From: Acidobacteriota bacterium
GTDB lineage: Bacteria; Acidobacteriota; Vicinamibacteria; Vicinamibacterales; CAVVIG01
Direction of reading: 5' to 3'
Assembly (NCBI GenBank): GCA_003222535.1
Contig: QHWJ01000345.1
Location: forward strand, 1,546 to 65,545
Length of the DNA: 64,000 nucleotides
This document shows, piece by piece, positions 45,412 through 54,183 of this stretch; position 1 is the stretch's first letter, and every line of letters begins with the position of its first letter. A program made the translations under genes and the position numbers. The notes beneath the pieces were generated by a model. That model worked only from the letters and a program-made list of their open reading frames with translations, ran no database searches and had not been told where the DNA came from.

Positions 45412-46314
45412 CTATCTATCGAGAACCGCGCCGACCAGATCGCCGAGTTGCCGCGGCGTGAAGTCCTTGCCTTCGACCGTCGCCGCAAGCCGGCCTTCGC
45501 GATCGATGACGGCGGTCTGCAGCGAGTGCGTGATCAGCCCTTCCTCCGCCCAGTACTGAATCCCGAACGCGTTGCAGACGCGCTCGATCTTCGCGGCGTC
45601 GCCGGTCAGGAAGTGCCAACCCGGCCCGCCGGCGCGCTGCGATGCCGCGTAGCGCGTCAGGACCTGCGGCGTGTCGTACTTCGGATCGAAGCTGATGGTC
45701 AGCAGCACGAGATCCCGACCCATCCGCGCGGAGAACCGTTCGCGAACGGCTCGGAAATTCTCGATCATCCTCGGGCAGTAGTCGGGCAACGGACAGCGCG
45801 AGTAAATGAAGGTGACCGCGACGACCTTGCCCTTCAGCGACGAGAGCGCCATCAAAGCGTTGGACTGATCAGTCAGCTCGAAGTCCGGCACCGGCGACCC
45901 GACGGGCACCAGGACCGGCGTGGCCGGCGTCTGCTGCAGGCCCGCATCGACCGCGGCGGCCGACGTCACCTCGACGCGATCGACCCAGGAGCGACCGCCC
46001 GCGCCACGCTTCACGGCCAGCCGGAATCGCACCCGATCGCCGGGCTTCAGCGCCACCTCGCGCGCGGCGCCCTTCAAGTCGAACGGCATCGTCATCGCGT
46101 CCATGAACCCGGGAAACGCGTCGTGCGAGATCGTGACGATGGACCCGGGCTGATCGACGCGGAGGATGAGGCCCGTGGAGGAGTAGTGCTGCGCGCACGC
46201 GGCCGCGCCAACACCAAATGCAACCACGAAGACACGAAACAACGCCGAAACACACGAAGAAAACCATTTAACTCTTTTTCGTGTCTTCGTGCTTTCGTGG
46301 TCCCGGTAGCTCAC
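45412..46314 (-). CDS. SCO1/SenC family copper chaperone with an N-terminal CusF-like domain
   Basis: FIYSRCPLPDYCP (CxxxC) sits in a thioredoxin-fold body. MDAMTMPF lies in the N-terminal domain. The start is ambiguous: 46314 (ATG), or 46242 (TTG, giving MFRVFVVAFGVGAAAC). Confidence 0.8.
   Translation of the reverse strand: MSYRDHESTKTRKRVKWFSSCVSALFRVFVVAFGVGAAACAQHYSSTGLILRVDQPGSIVTISHDAFPGFMDAMTMPFDLKGAAREVALKPGDRVRFRLAVKRGAGGRSWVDRVEVTSAAAVDAGLQQTPATPVLVPVGSPVPDFELTDQSNALMALSSLKGKVVAVTFIYSRCPLPDYCPRMIENFRAVRERFSARMGRDLVLLTISFDPKYDTPQVLTRYAASQRAGGPGWHFLTGDAAKIERVCNAFGIQYWAEEGLITHSLQTAVIDREGRLAATVEGKDFTPRQLGDLVGAVLDR
46216..46301. repeat. heptamer-built hairpin (CACGAAR)n ... (YTTCGTG)n
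   Basis: aaatgcaaccacgaagacacgaaacaacgccgaaacacacgaagaaaa pairs with tttttcgtgtcttcgtgctttcgtggt. It shares the lead-in aaatgcaaccacgaa with 54598. Confidence 0.8.
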
Positions 46315-46317
46315 CGT

Positions 46318-47769
46318 TCAGTCTGAGAGCCCTTCCGCCTTCTTCTCGGCGGCGGTGATTTTTCCGCCCGCGGCGACGACTTCCGACTCGCGGTCGAGGA
46401 CGAGCTGCGGCACCGGCACGCATCGCGAGACGACCTCGGCCGTGTCGTTGATCTTGAGCTGGCGCATCAGGAACAGGAAGCGATCTTCGAGGGACTGGCC
46501 GATCGCACTGCGCCTTTCGTCGCTGATGCCCCACATGCGCGGCTTGAAGGGCCCGATGGCCTTCTTGCGGGCCTTGTAGATGAACTGCTCCTCGGTGTCC
46601 CTGGGCTTGCGCTCTTCGAGGGCGTTCTCGCGGATCCAGGCGTACATCTCGGCCTTGAGGTCGGCCGGGAACTGAGCGTGCTCGTAGACCATGTTCTGGA
46701 AATCGGTCGCGAGGTGAATCTCGCAGGCGCCCGCGCGCGGGAAGGCGTCGAAGGCCTCCGGCGGCAGCGTCGACGCGCCGTGCTGCACTGCCCCGCCGAG
46801 ACCGTAGTCCTTGCGCGCCACGTGCGACAGCTCCTCGAGCGTCTTGAGATCGATCTTGACGTCGGTGCGCACGGTCCCATCGGCGTTGATGAAGCCGCCG
46901 TGCGCCGTCCCGGTCTGTACGCTGATCTTGCTCAACCCGACGAGCGTGGCGCCCCGCCTCTTCAGCGCGGCGTTGTAGCCGTCCATGTACGCGTGCAGTT
47001 CGTGAACGTCCGAGTTCTTGCCGCCGACCTCGCCGATTTCTCCACCGACCGAGACGATGATGCCCGATGGCTGATGCTTGCGGATGAACGCCGTGAACTC
47101 GGCCGCCAGGTTCACGTTCACCTCCTGCTGCTCGGCCAGCGTCGGCTTGTCGAGGTCGACGAGCGTCGAGGTGTCGATGTCGATGTTGTAGAAGCCGGCG
47201 GCGATCTCCTCCTTGATCAGCGCGCGCAGCCCGGCGAGCTCCTGGTCGCGATCGGGACTGTTGTATTTCTTCGCATTGGTCTGGACGTGATCGCCCTGAA
47301 TGAACAGCGGGCCGGAAAAGCCCTCGCGCAGCGCCGCACCCAGGACCACGGCGACGTACTCGTGGGGCCGCTGCTCGGTGTACCCGATTTCCGAGCGCGC
47401 GATCTCGAAGATGAAGGCGCCGGCTTTCAGCTGCTTCGCGGCACGGACAACGGCGCGCGCGGTGTCGTACGACATCGCGCGCACGTTGATCGCCGGCACG
47501 GTGAAGCCGCCGGCGTCGCCGCGGCCCATGGCCATGTAGAGGTCGTGGATCGAGGCCGGCCGGATGCCGGCTGCCGCCGCAAGGCTGCGGACGATCCAGC
47601 GCGCGGTCCCGCGAAGCTCGGCGTCCTGGCCGAACACCGACGTCCACACGAGACGGTCCACAAGGGCGCCGGTGACCGCCCCGGTGTCGCTGACGCTGAC
47701 GCGGTCGCTCAAGACGGTGGCCGCCGGCTTGACGGCGTCGCTCATCTCTCTCAGGGATTGGAACGTCAT
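46318..47769 (-). CDS. class II fructose-bisphosphate aldolase family protein (long form)
   Basis: FTVPAINV, IQGDH and GTAHG-type motifs (SVQTGTAHGG) are present. Confidence 0.8.
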   Translation of the reverse strand: MTFQSLREMSDAVKPAATVLSDRVSVSDTGAVTGALVDRLVWTSVFGQDAELRGTARWIVRSLAAAAGIRPASIHDLYMAMGRGDAGGFTVPAINVRAMSYDTARAVVRAAKQLKAGAFIFEIARSEIGYTEQRPHEYVAVVLGAALREGFSGPLFIQGDHVQTNAKKYNSPDRDQELAGLRALIKEEIAAGFYNIDIDTSTLVDLDKPTLAEQQEVNVNLAAEFTAFIRKHQPSGIIVSVGGEIGEVGGKNSDVHELHAYMDGYNAALKRRGATLVGLSKISVQTGTAHGGFINADGTVRTDVKIDLKTLEELSHVARKDYGLGGAVQHGASTLPPEAFDAFPRAGACEIHLATDFQNMVYEHAQFPADLKAEMYAWIRENALEERKPRDTEEQFIYKARKKAIGPFKPRMWGISDERRSAIGQSLEDRFLFLMRQLKINDTAEVVSRCVPVPQLVLDRESEVVAAGGKITAAEKKAEGLSD

Positions 47770-47785
47770 GGAGGAGCTCCAATGG

Positions 47786-47828
47786 TAGGGGTTAGGGCTT
47801 ATGGCAAAGGGCTTAGGGCTTAGGGCTC
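47786..47828. repeat. (GGGCTTA)n heptamer array
   Basis: taggggttagggcttatggcaaagggcttagggcttagggctc lies between the thiI stop and the aldolase start. It shares ggcttatggcaa with 59900. Confidence 0.75.
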
Positions 47829-49038
47829 AAAGACTCCCTGGCATGACGTCTGATATCTGTGCAGCCGAGTATTGTACCACCGGGAATCGAAAGTCCTCCA
47901 CGGACGCGGCGGCCACGGCCGAGGCGACCATGGCATCGACGGGAAGCGCCAGCTCGGCCTGTTCGACCTGGGCGAGCCTCGCGCGCGTCGCTGGATGGCG
48001 CGGCGTGAACAGCGTGCAGCAATCCTGGTCGGGAATGTTCGAGATGGGCAGCGTGCCGATCCGTCCCGCTTCCGCGGTGATCTCGTCCTTGTCCATCCCC
48101 ACGAGCGGCCGCAGGATCTCGAGTGCCGTCGCCTGCGCGATGGCCGTCATGTTTTCGACCGTCTGCGACGCCACCTGCCCGACGACTTCCCCCGTCACCA
48201 GCGCGCGGGCATGCGCCCGCCGCGCCAGGCGCTCGGCGATACGCAGCATCAGACGCCGATAGATCACGACGCGCAGCTCGGGCGCCACGGAGAGGACGAT
48301 CTGCTGCTGCAGCTCGCCGAACGGCACCATGATCAGGCGCGATCGGAGCTGATGGGTCGTGAGCAGCGCGGCGATCTCGCGGACCTTCTCCTGGGACGCG
48401 CGCGACAGAATCGGGTAGCTGTGAAAATGAATCAGCAGCACCGGGCAGCCGCGGCGCATCATGCGATACGCGGCGACGGGGGAATCGATGCCGCCCGACA
48501 GCAGGCACGCCACACGGCCGCTCGTTCCCGTCGGCATGCCGCCCGCGCCCGGCTCTTTGCCGAAGAAATAGAACGCGCCGTCCGGCAGCATCTCGATGTG
48601 CACGGTAAGGGCGGGGTGCTCGAGATCGACGCGCCAGCCCCTCGCCTGCTTGATGATCCCGCCCACTTCGCGTTCGACCTGCGGCGACGTGAACGGCAGC
48701 CGCTTGTCGGAACGCGTGGCCGAGACGCGGAACGAGTCGGCCTCACGGCCGCCCAGGTCGGTGAGAATTGCGGACGACAGCGCGCCGAAGTCGTGCGGGC
48801 CCCGATTGGCGTACGAGAAGTTCGCGATGCCGAACACCCGCCGCAGCCGATCCCGCACCTCGTCCCACGGCGTGTCCGGTCGCAGCTCGAGCTCGATGCG
48901 ACCGGTAACCGATCGCACGGCCGCCACGTGCAGCCCCGCGAGCGCGCCTTTGATATTGCGCACGAGCAGCTGAATGAACCACGGGCGGTTCTTGCCCTTC
49001 AGCGCAAGTTCCTTGTAGTGAACAACGATCGACTTCAT
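47827..49038 (-). CDS. thiI: tRNA 4-thiouridine(8) synthase ThiI
   Basis: MKSIVVHYKELALKGKNRPWF (THUMP region) and LLSGGIDSPVA (PP-loop) are present. ATG at 49038. The ORF-track N-terminus is translated repeat. Confidence 0.9.
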   Translation of the reverse strand: MKSIVVHYKELALKGKNRPWFIQLLVRNIKGALAGLHVAAVRSVTGRIELELRPDTPWDEVRDRLRRVFGIANFSYANRGPHDFGALSSAILTDLGGREADSFRVSATRSDKRLPFTSPQVEREVGGIIKQARGWRVDLEHPALTVHIEMLPDGAFYFFGKEPGAGGMPTGTSGRVACLLSGGIDSPVAAYRMMRRGCPVLLIHFHSYPILSRASQEKVREIAALLTTHQLRSRLIMVPFGELQQQIVLSVAPELRVVIYRRLMLRIAERLARRAHARALVTGEVVGQVASQTVENMTAIAQATALEILRPLVGMDKDEITAEAGRIGTLPISNIPDQDCCTLFTPRHPATRARLAQVEQAELALPVDAMVASAVAAASVEDFRFPVVQYSAAQISDVMPGSL

Positions 49039-49040
49039 GA

Positions 49041-49196
49041 ATCTGGTAATTGGGTAATTGGGTAATCTGGTAATCTGGTAATTGGATTGGGTAATTGGGG
49101 TCATTGATTGGGTAATTGATTGGTTGATTGATTGGTTGATTGAGCCGTCAATCGTCAAATTCAATCACCCGATTACCAGATTACCCGATTACCAGA
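49041..49196. repeat. composite array: (GGTAATY)n, (TTGATTGG)n, then inverted (GATTACC)n
   Basis: ctggtaattgggtaattgggtaatctggtaatctggtaattgg is followed by gattgggtaattgattggttgattgattggttgattg. Then comes cccgattaccagattacccgattaccag. The array fills the hpnE-thiI gap and includes the hpnE stop. Confidence 0.85.
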
Positions 49197-50559
49197 TGCA
49201 AAGCTCCGCCGCGCGGTGTCCCGATCTGACCGCGCTCTCGATGGTCGCCGGCAGACCCGTATCGATCCAGTCGCCGGCAAGGAAGAACCCTTTCACGCCC
49301 GTTTCGGTCGACGGCCGCGCGGGCGCTCCGGGCGCGAGCGAGAACGTCGCGCGAGGCTCGCGCACGACGCTCGCCCGCAGCAGACGCGCGCTGCGCACCT
49401 CGGGCAGCGCCTCCAGCAGCTCGTCGTGCGCGACTTGAATCAGCTCGTCGTTGGATCGCGCCAGGATCGACGCCGCACCGCTCGACACCAGCGACAGATG
49501 CGACGCCTCGTCTCCAAACACGAGGCGCTTGTCGAAGACCCATTGCATCGCGCGGCCGGGGAGGCCGATGAACGGCTCGTCCAGCACGCGGCGATCGAAC
49601 CAGAGATTGACGGTCACGATGGGAGACGACGGCAAGCGTCTCGCGCGATCGAGGAGATCGCGAAGCGCAGGCGGCTCGCGTTCGAACAGCTCGGGAAACG
49701 CGAACCACGGGACCGACGAGATGACGCGGGTCGCGGTCCACCGCTCGTCGCCGGATTCGACGGCCGCCACCTCACCACCCCCGTCGCCGTCGTCGCTCAC
49801 GACAACCTTCGCGAGCGCACCAGTGCGGACCGTTCCTCCGTGGCGCTCGATGTACTCACGCGCGGGCTCCGCGTACATCAGGTGGAGCGGTTTGGTCGGA
49901 AGGGCGATGGCGGCGGCTTGGGCGTCGTCCCCGAGCATCTCCGCGAGCACCCGCGCGAAGGTGGGCGCCGCGGCCTGATCCGGCGGCTGATTGAGCGCCG
50001 CGAGCGCCAGCGGGGTCCACAGCATCTCACGAATGCGCGGCGTCTGGCCGTTTCGCACGAGCCAGCCCTCGACCGTCTCTCCCGGCGACGCCGCTTTCAT
50101 GGTCGACCCCGGCCGGAGCTCTCGGCGCGCGTGCTTCAATGGCGTCGCCATCCCCAGCGCGGACAGACGATCCCGCCACGAAAGCGCCTCCCACTCGAGC
50201 ACCCCGGCGACGAGATGGAACGGTGCCGGCAGCGCCGGACATGCGAGGCGCGTGCGCCGCAGGGCGCGATCGATCATCGTCACCGCGAGCTGCGGATCGA
50301 GGCGCACGTTGTCCAGCGCGCCGACGTCGCGCAGGAACGCGAAGGTCTCGGTATAGCACCCGAGCAGAACGTGCTGTCCGTTGTCCACGAGCTCGCCCGT
50401 CTCGCGGTCGGGAAACGCGGTCGCGCGTCCCCCGAGGCGTCCACGCGCTTCGAGCACGAGCACGCGCGCGCCGCCCCGGGTGAGGCGGGAGGCGGCGCTC
50501 AGGCCGGCAAAGCCGGCGCCGATGACGATGACGTCGAAGCGGGTCAGGTCCACAGCCAT
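49189..50559 (-). CDS. hpnE: hydroxysqualene dehydroxylase (FAD amine-oxidase/phytoene-desaturase fold)
   Basis: VIVIGAGFAGLSAA...LEARGRLGGR is present, and the gene lies directly downstream of two squalene/phytoene-synthase genes. Confidence 0.8.
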   Translation of the reverse strand: MAVDLTRFDVIVIGAGFAGLSAASRLTRGGARVLVLEARGRLGGRATAFPDRETGELVDNGQHVLLGCYTETFAFLRDVGALDNVRLDPQLAVTMIDRALRRTRLACPALPAPFHLVAGVLEWEALSWRDRLSALGMATPLKHARRELRPGSTMKAASPGETVEGWLVRNGQTPRIREMLWTPLALAALNQPPDQAAAPTFARVLAEMLGDDAQAAAIALPTKPLHLMYAEPAREYIERHGGTVRTGALAKVVVSDDGDGGGEVAAVESGDERWTATRVISSVPWFAFPELFEREPPALRDLLDRARRLPSSPIVTVNLWFDRRVLDEPFIGLPGRAMQWVFDKRLVFGDEASHLSLVSSGAASILARSNDELIQVAHDELLEALPEVRSARLLRASVVREPRATFSLAPGAPARPSTETGVKGFFLAGDWIDTGLPATIESAVRSGHRAAELCIW

Positions 50560-51368
50560 TGCCTCAGCGCGATGAGCGCCTGCCGCGGGCGCGGCACGCG
50601 GGCGCGCGCCGTGAACACGTCGTGCCCGCTGCGCTCGATGCGGGTGAGCGTTTCCGAATACACCGCGCGCATGATTTCAGCGGCGACGAGCCGCCTGCGA
50701 TCTTCGGGGGGCAGCGCGTCCTTCGCGCGCCTGTAGAAGTCCCGCGCGCGGCGGCACTCGAACTCGATGAGGCGCCGGACCGGTTCGGTCACGACGCCGG
50801 CGGCAAGGTCCTCGACGGCGCAGCCGTGCGCCCGCAGATCTTCGAGCGGCAGGTACACCCGCCCGCGCTCGAGATCGCCCTTGACGTCCCGCAGGATGTT
50901 CGTCAGCTGCAGCGCCACGCCGAGATTCAGCGCGTACTCGCGGGCGCCCGCGGTGCGGCAGCCGAAGATGCGGATGCAGATCATGCCGACGGCGGACGCC
51001 ACGCGACGGCAGTACTCGAAGACATCCGGGAATGTCTCGTAGCGCGTGATATCGAGATCCATCGCGACGCCGTCGATGACGTCCTCGAACGCCTGGCGCG
51101 GCAGATCGAATGGCGCGATGAACGGCTGCAGCCGGCGCCCCTGATCCGTCGACGGCGTCCGGCCGTCGAAGGCGCGCGCGAGCTCGTCACGCCAGAACCG
51201 CACGGCCTGCCGCCCGGCCGGCAATCCGCCCCCGACGCCTTCAACCCGCGGCGCCTCGTCCACCGCATCGTCCACTGCGCGGCAGAAATCCCAGACGGCG
51301 ACGATCGCCCGCCGCTCGCCGGGGGGCAGCACCAGAAACGAATAGTAGAAGCTCGTCTTGCGCGCCAT
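50544..51368 (-). CDS. hpnD: presqualene diphosphate synthase
   Basis: SFYYSFLVLP, FCRAVDDAVDE and YCRRVASAVG...LQLTNILRDV are present. The ATG shares one base with the hpnC stop (TGATG). Confidence 0.85.
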   Translation of the reverse strand: MARKTSFYYSFLVLPPGERRAIVAVWDFCRAVDDAVDEAPRVEGVGGGLPAGRQAVRFWRDELARAFDGRTPSTDQGRRLQPFIAPFDLPRQAFEDVIDGVAMDLDITRYETFPDVFEYCRRVASAVGMICIRIFGCRTAGAREYALNLGVALQLTNILRDVKGDLERGRVYLPLEDLRAHGCAVEDLAAGVVTEPVRRLIEFECRRARDFYRRAKDALPPEDRRRLVAAEIMRAVYSETLTRIERSGHDVFTARARVPRPRQALIALRQWLWT

Positions 51369-52303
51369 CACACGCGTGAGGGCCAGCGCGAGGCCCTCCA
51401 GAGAATGAGCGGGACGTCGCGTGCGCCGAGCGTCGGGCGGCACGTCAGCAGCGCGGCGGCCGCCCGCTCGACGTGCTCGAGCATGCGCGCGCCGCCGAGC
51501 CAGGTGAAGCGAAGCTCGTATCGCAGGCGCCCCCGCACCGCGTCGCACACCTCGCGCCCAGCCTCGAAGCAGTTGCGTGTTTCGGCCACGCACTGACGGA
51601 GCGCTGCGATCCACGATTCGTTCAGCCATGGGCCGTTCAGATCCATCTCGCGGGCCCTGCAGGCGGCCGTCACGTCTCGCGGCACGTAGAGCCGGCCTGC
51701 GATCCAGTCGCGACCGAAGTCCTGCCAGAAGTTCGTGAGCTGCAGCGCGGTGCACAACGCGTCCGCGGATCGATCGAGCCCCTCGTCCCGGTACCCGGCA
51801 ATCCGCAGCACGAGCCGTCCCACCGGATTTGCCGATCGTCGGCAGTAGTCGAACAGCTCGGCCCACGAATCGTAGCGCGTCGTCATGGTATCCTGACCGA
51901 ACGCGCTCAGCAGATCGTCGAACAGCGCGATCGGCAGATCGAGCGAGCGGATCGAATGCGCGAGCGCGGCGACGATCAAATCATCGCGATCGCGCGGCGG
52001 CTCGGCCGATCGTTCGGCCGCCATGGCCGCGCCGAGCCGCCGCTGCCACGCGTCGAGCCGCTCGAGCCGGTCGGCGGCGGGCGCCGTGCCCTCGTCGGCG
52101 ATGTCGTCCGCGCGGCGCGCGTACGCGTAGACCGCGGCCACGTGAGGGCGCATCGGCGGAGGCAGAAGGCGCGAGGCCACGGGAAAATTCTCGTAATGCG
52201 ACCGGGCCAGCGCCTCGCACGCCGCGTAGGCCCGCGCGAGGTCGGGATGTGATGACGGCGTGATGGGGTGACGAAGTGAAGGAGCGAGGGCAGGCGGCGA
52301 CAC
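51368..52303 (-). CDS. hpnC: hydroxysqualene synthase
   Basis: HYENFPVASRLLP, YARRADDIADE and YCRRSANPVG...LQLTNFWQD are present. GTG start, with uncertainty. Confidence 0.85.
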   Translation of the reverse strand: MSPPALAPSLRHPITPSSHPDLARAYAACEALARSHYENFPVASRLLPPPMRPHVAAVYAYARRADDIADEGTAPAADRLERLDAWQRRLGAAMAAERSAEPPRDRDDLIVAALAHSIRSLDLPIALFDDLLSAFGQDTMTTRYDSWAELFDYCRRSANPVGRLVLRIAGYRDEGLDRSADALCTALQLTNFWQDFGRDWIAGRLYVPRDVTAACRAREMDLNGPWLNESWIAALRQCVAETRNCFEAGREVCDAVRGRLRYELRFTWLGGARMLEHVERAAAALLTCRPTLGARDVPLILWRASRWPSRV

Positions 52304-52346
52304 GTCGCCGTCACGTTACCACGTCACGCCACCGGCACGTCACTCC
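52298..52346. promoter_or_regulatory. cluster of ACGT-core repeats incl. CACGTCAC x2 in the hpnC / 52355 divergent gap
   Basis: The cluster reads acacgtcg, tcacgtta, CACGTCAC (52320-52327), CACGTCAC (52336-52343). The two exact copies are 16 nt apart. Confidence 0.4.
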
Positions 52347-52354
52347 CTCTGGCC

Positions 52355-52852
52355 TTGCAGATGCGTGACGTTTTCGCCGCCGCGGCCGCTTTCATTCTGC
52401 TCCTCGTCGCGGCCAGCCTGGCGACGACGCTGCAGACGTATCGCCGGCGGCGGCTGCGCGCGCGCGACTCCGAGCGGGCCCTGGGGCGCACGATCATCGC
52501 CGAGATCCCGGCGGGCGACGGCCTGGTCCTGTTCAGCGAGGACGCGGTGCGGTTTTACCACGGCGAGCGCTCCATCGACAAAGATCTCGTCGTCGCGGCT
52601 CGAGTGCTGATCAACGGCTCGCCCATCGCGGCCTGCGTGTCGCGCCGGCATCCCGGCGAGGCGCTGAGGCAGGCCACGAGCTTCGAGGATCGGCCGGACG
52701 GCATTGAGCGCGACCGGTGGGACGTCGCCATCGAGACGGCGACAGGAACGGTGCTCGTCGAGTGCGGCGCAATTCGCGAGCGCGTATCCCAGGAGCTTGC
52801 GCGGTCGGTGTTCGACGCGGTGAAACGCGATCTGGAGCGGAGAGATCGCTGA
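52355..52852 (+). CDS. hypothetical single-pass membrane protein
   Basis: It has one N-terminal TM helix (FAAAAAFILLLVAASLATTL) and then a ~130-aa soluble domain. I recognise no family. Confidence 0.5.
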   Translation: MQMRDVFAAAAAFILLLVAASLATTLQTYRRRRLRARDSERALGRTIIAEIPAGDGLVLFSEDAVRFYHGERSIDKDLVVAARVLINGSPIAACVSRRHPGEALRQATSFEDRPDGIERDRWDVAIETATGTVLVECGAIRERVSQELARSVFDAVKRDLERRDR

Positions 52853-52917
52853 ATTTGGAATTTGGAATTCAGAATTTGGAATTCGGTCACGCATTCCAAA
52901 TTCCAAATTCCAAATTC
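52851..52917. repeat. heptamer-built hairpin (GAATTTG)n ... (CAAATTC)n
   Basis: gaatttggaatttggaattcagaatttggaattcg pairs with attccaaattccaaattccaaattc. It lies between convergent genes and starts inside the stop codon of 52355-52852. Confidence 0.85.
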
Positions 52918-52930
52918 TTACTTCTTAATT

Positions 52931-53467
52931 TCACCACTCTGTCTCCGTCACTCCCGCGCGGTGATTGATGACCCGTGCGAGGACGAAGAGCAGGTCGGAC
53001 AGGCGATTCACGTACCGGAGCAAGACCGGATCGATCGGCGGATGGAGCGCGACGATGCGGCGTTCCGCGCGACGGCAGACGGTGCGTGCGACGTGGAGCG
53101 CCGCGCCGGCGGAGGTGCCTCCAGCCAGAATGAAGCGGCGAAGCGGCGGCAGTTCTTCCTCGAGCCGATCGATCAGCTCTTCGAGCCGGACGATATGGGC
53201 GTCGTCGATCACCGCTTTGGTGACGCGCGGGGCCAGCCTGTCGGAAGGATCGGCGAGCTGGGCTCCGAGGGCGAACAGATCGCGTTGGAGCGCGAGGAGC
53301 TCCTCGTCCAGCGTGGGATCGAGCGATGACGCGCGGACAAAGCCGAGCCAGGCGTTGAGCTCGTCGACCTCGCCATAGGCGTCGACGCGCGCGTCGTCTT
53401 TGCGAGCGCGTGTGCCGTCGAAGAGCGACGTCTCGCCGGCGTCGCCCGTGCGCGTGTAGATTTTCAC
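52931..53467 (-). CDS. ATP:cob(I)alamin adenosyltransferase, PduO type
   Basis: MKIYTRTGDAGETSLFDG...RVDAYGEVDELNA is the canonical PduO N-terminus. Confidence 0.9.
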   Translation of the reverse strand: MKIYTRTGDAGETSLFDGTRARKDDARVDAYGEVDELNAWLGFVRASSLDPTLDEELLALQRDLFALGAQLADPSDRLAPRVTKAVIDDAHIVRLEELIDRLEEELPPLRRFILAGGTSAGAALHVARTVCRRAERRIVALHPPIDPVLLRYVNRLSDLLFVLARVINHRAGVTETEW

Positions 53468-53484
53468 GGGACGGATTATACGAA

Positions 53485-54183
53485 ATGGCCGTCAGGAAGA
53501 AGGTCCGCCGCGCGCTGCCGCTCCCGGTGCCATCCGATCGCCGCCGGTTCCGCCGCCGCCTGCTGTCGTGGTACCGGCGTCACGGCCGCGATCTGCCCTG
53601 GCGGAAGACCGACGACCCGTACCATATCCTGGTGTCCGAGATCATGCTGCAGCAGACGCAGGTCGACCGGGTGCTGCCGAAATACGCCGAGTGGCTGGAC
53701 AAGTACCCGTCGATGGCGGCGCTGGCGGCGGCGCCCGAGCGGGAGGTGACCGAGACGTGGTACCCGCTGGGCTACAACATCCGTCCACGCCGTCTCCAGT
53801 CAATCGCGCGCGAAGCCGTCGCGAGCTACGGCGGTCGGCTGCCGCCAGACGAAGCGACGCTGCTGTCGTTCAAGGGCATCGGGGCTTACACGGCAGGAGC
53901 CATTCGCAGCTTCGCGTTTCGCGAGCGCGCGGCGATTGTCGACACGAACGTCGCGCGGGTGCTCTTCCGCGTCTTCGTCGCCGAGGGCGATCCGAAGAGC
54001 CCCTGGATGAAGCGTCATCTCTGGACGCTGTCCGAAACACTCGTGCCGTCGCGTCACGTGTTCGATTTCAATCAGGCGTTGATGGATTTCGGTGCGATGG
54101 TCTGCGTCGCGCGGAATCCGAAGTGCCTCATCTGCCCGATGGCAAAGAGCTGCCGGGCCTATCCGTTCGCTCCGGGCACATGA
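53485..54183 (+). CDS. A/G-specific adenine glycosylase-like (MutY catalytic domain only)
   Basis: WYRRHGRDLPWR, YHILVSEIMLQQTQV, GIGAYTAGAI and the FeS loop CVARNPKCLICPMAKSC are present. It has no C-terminal NUDIX-like domain. Confidence 0.8.
   Translation: MAVRKKVRRALPLPVPSDRRRFRRRLLSWYRRHGRDLPWRKTDDPYHILVSEIMLQQTQVDRVLPKYAEWLDKYPSMAALAAAPEREVTETWYPLGYNIRPRRLQSIAREAVASYGGRLPPDEATLLSFKGIGAYTAGAIRSFAFRERAAIVDTNVARVLFRVFVAEGDPKSPWMKRHLWTLSETLVPSRHVFDFNQALMDFGAMVCVARNPKCLICPMAKSCRAYPFAPGT

Noticed and set aside
49189-52303. hpnCDE as evidence for a hopanoid gene cluster.
   Set aside because: Only the three squalene-forming genes are present. No squalene-hopene cyclase or hpnH/G is in the window, so only squalene synthesis can be claimed.
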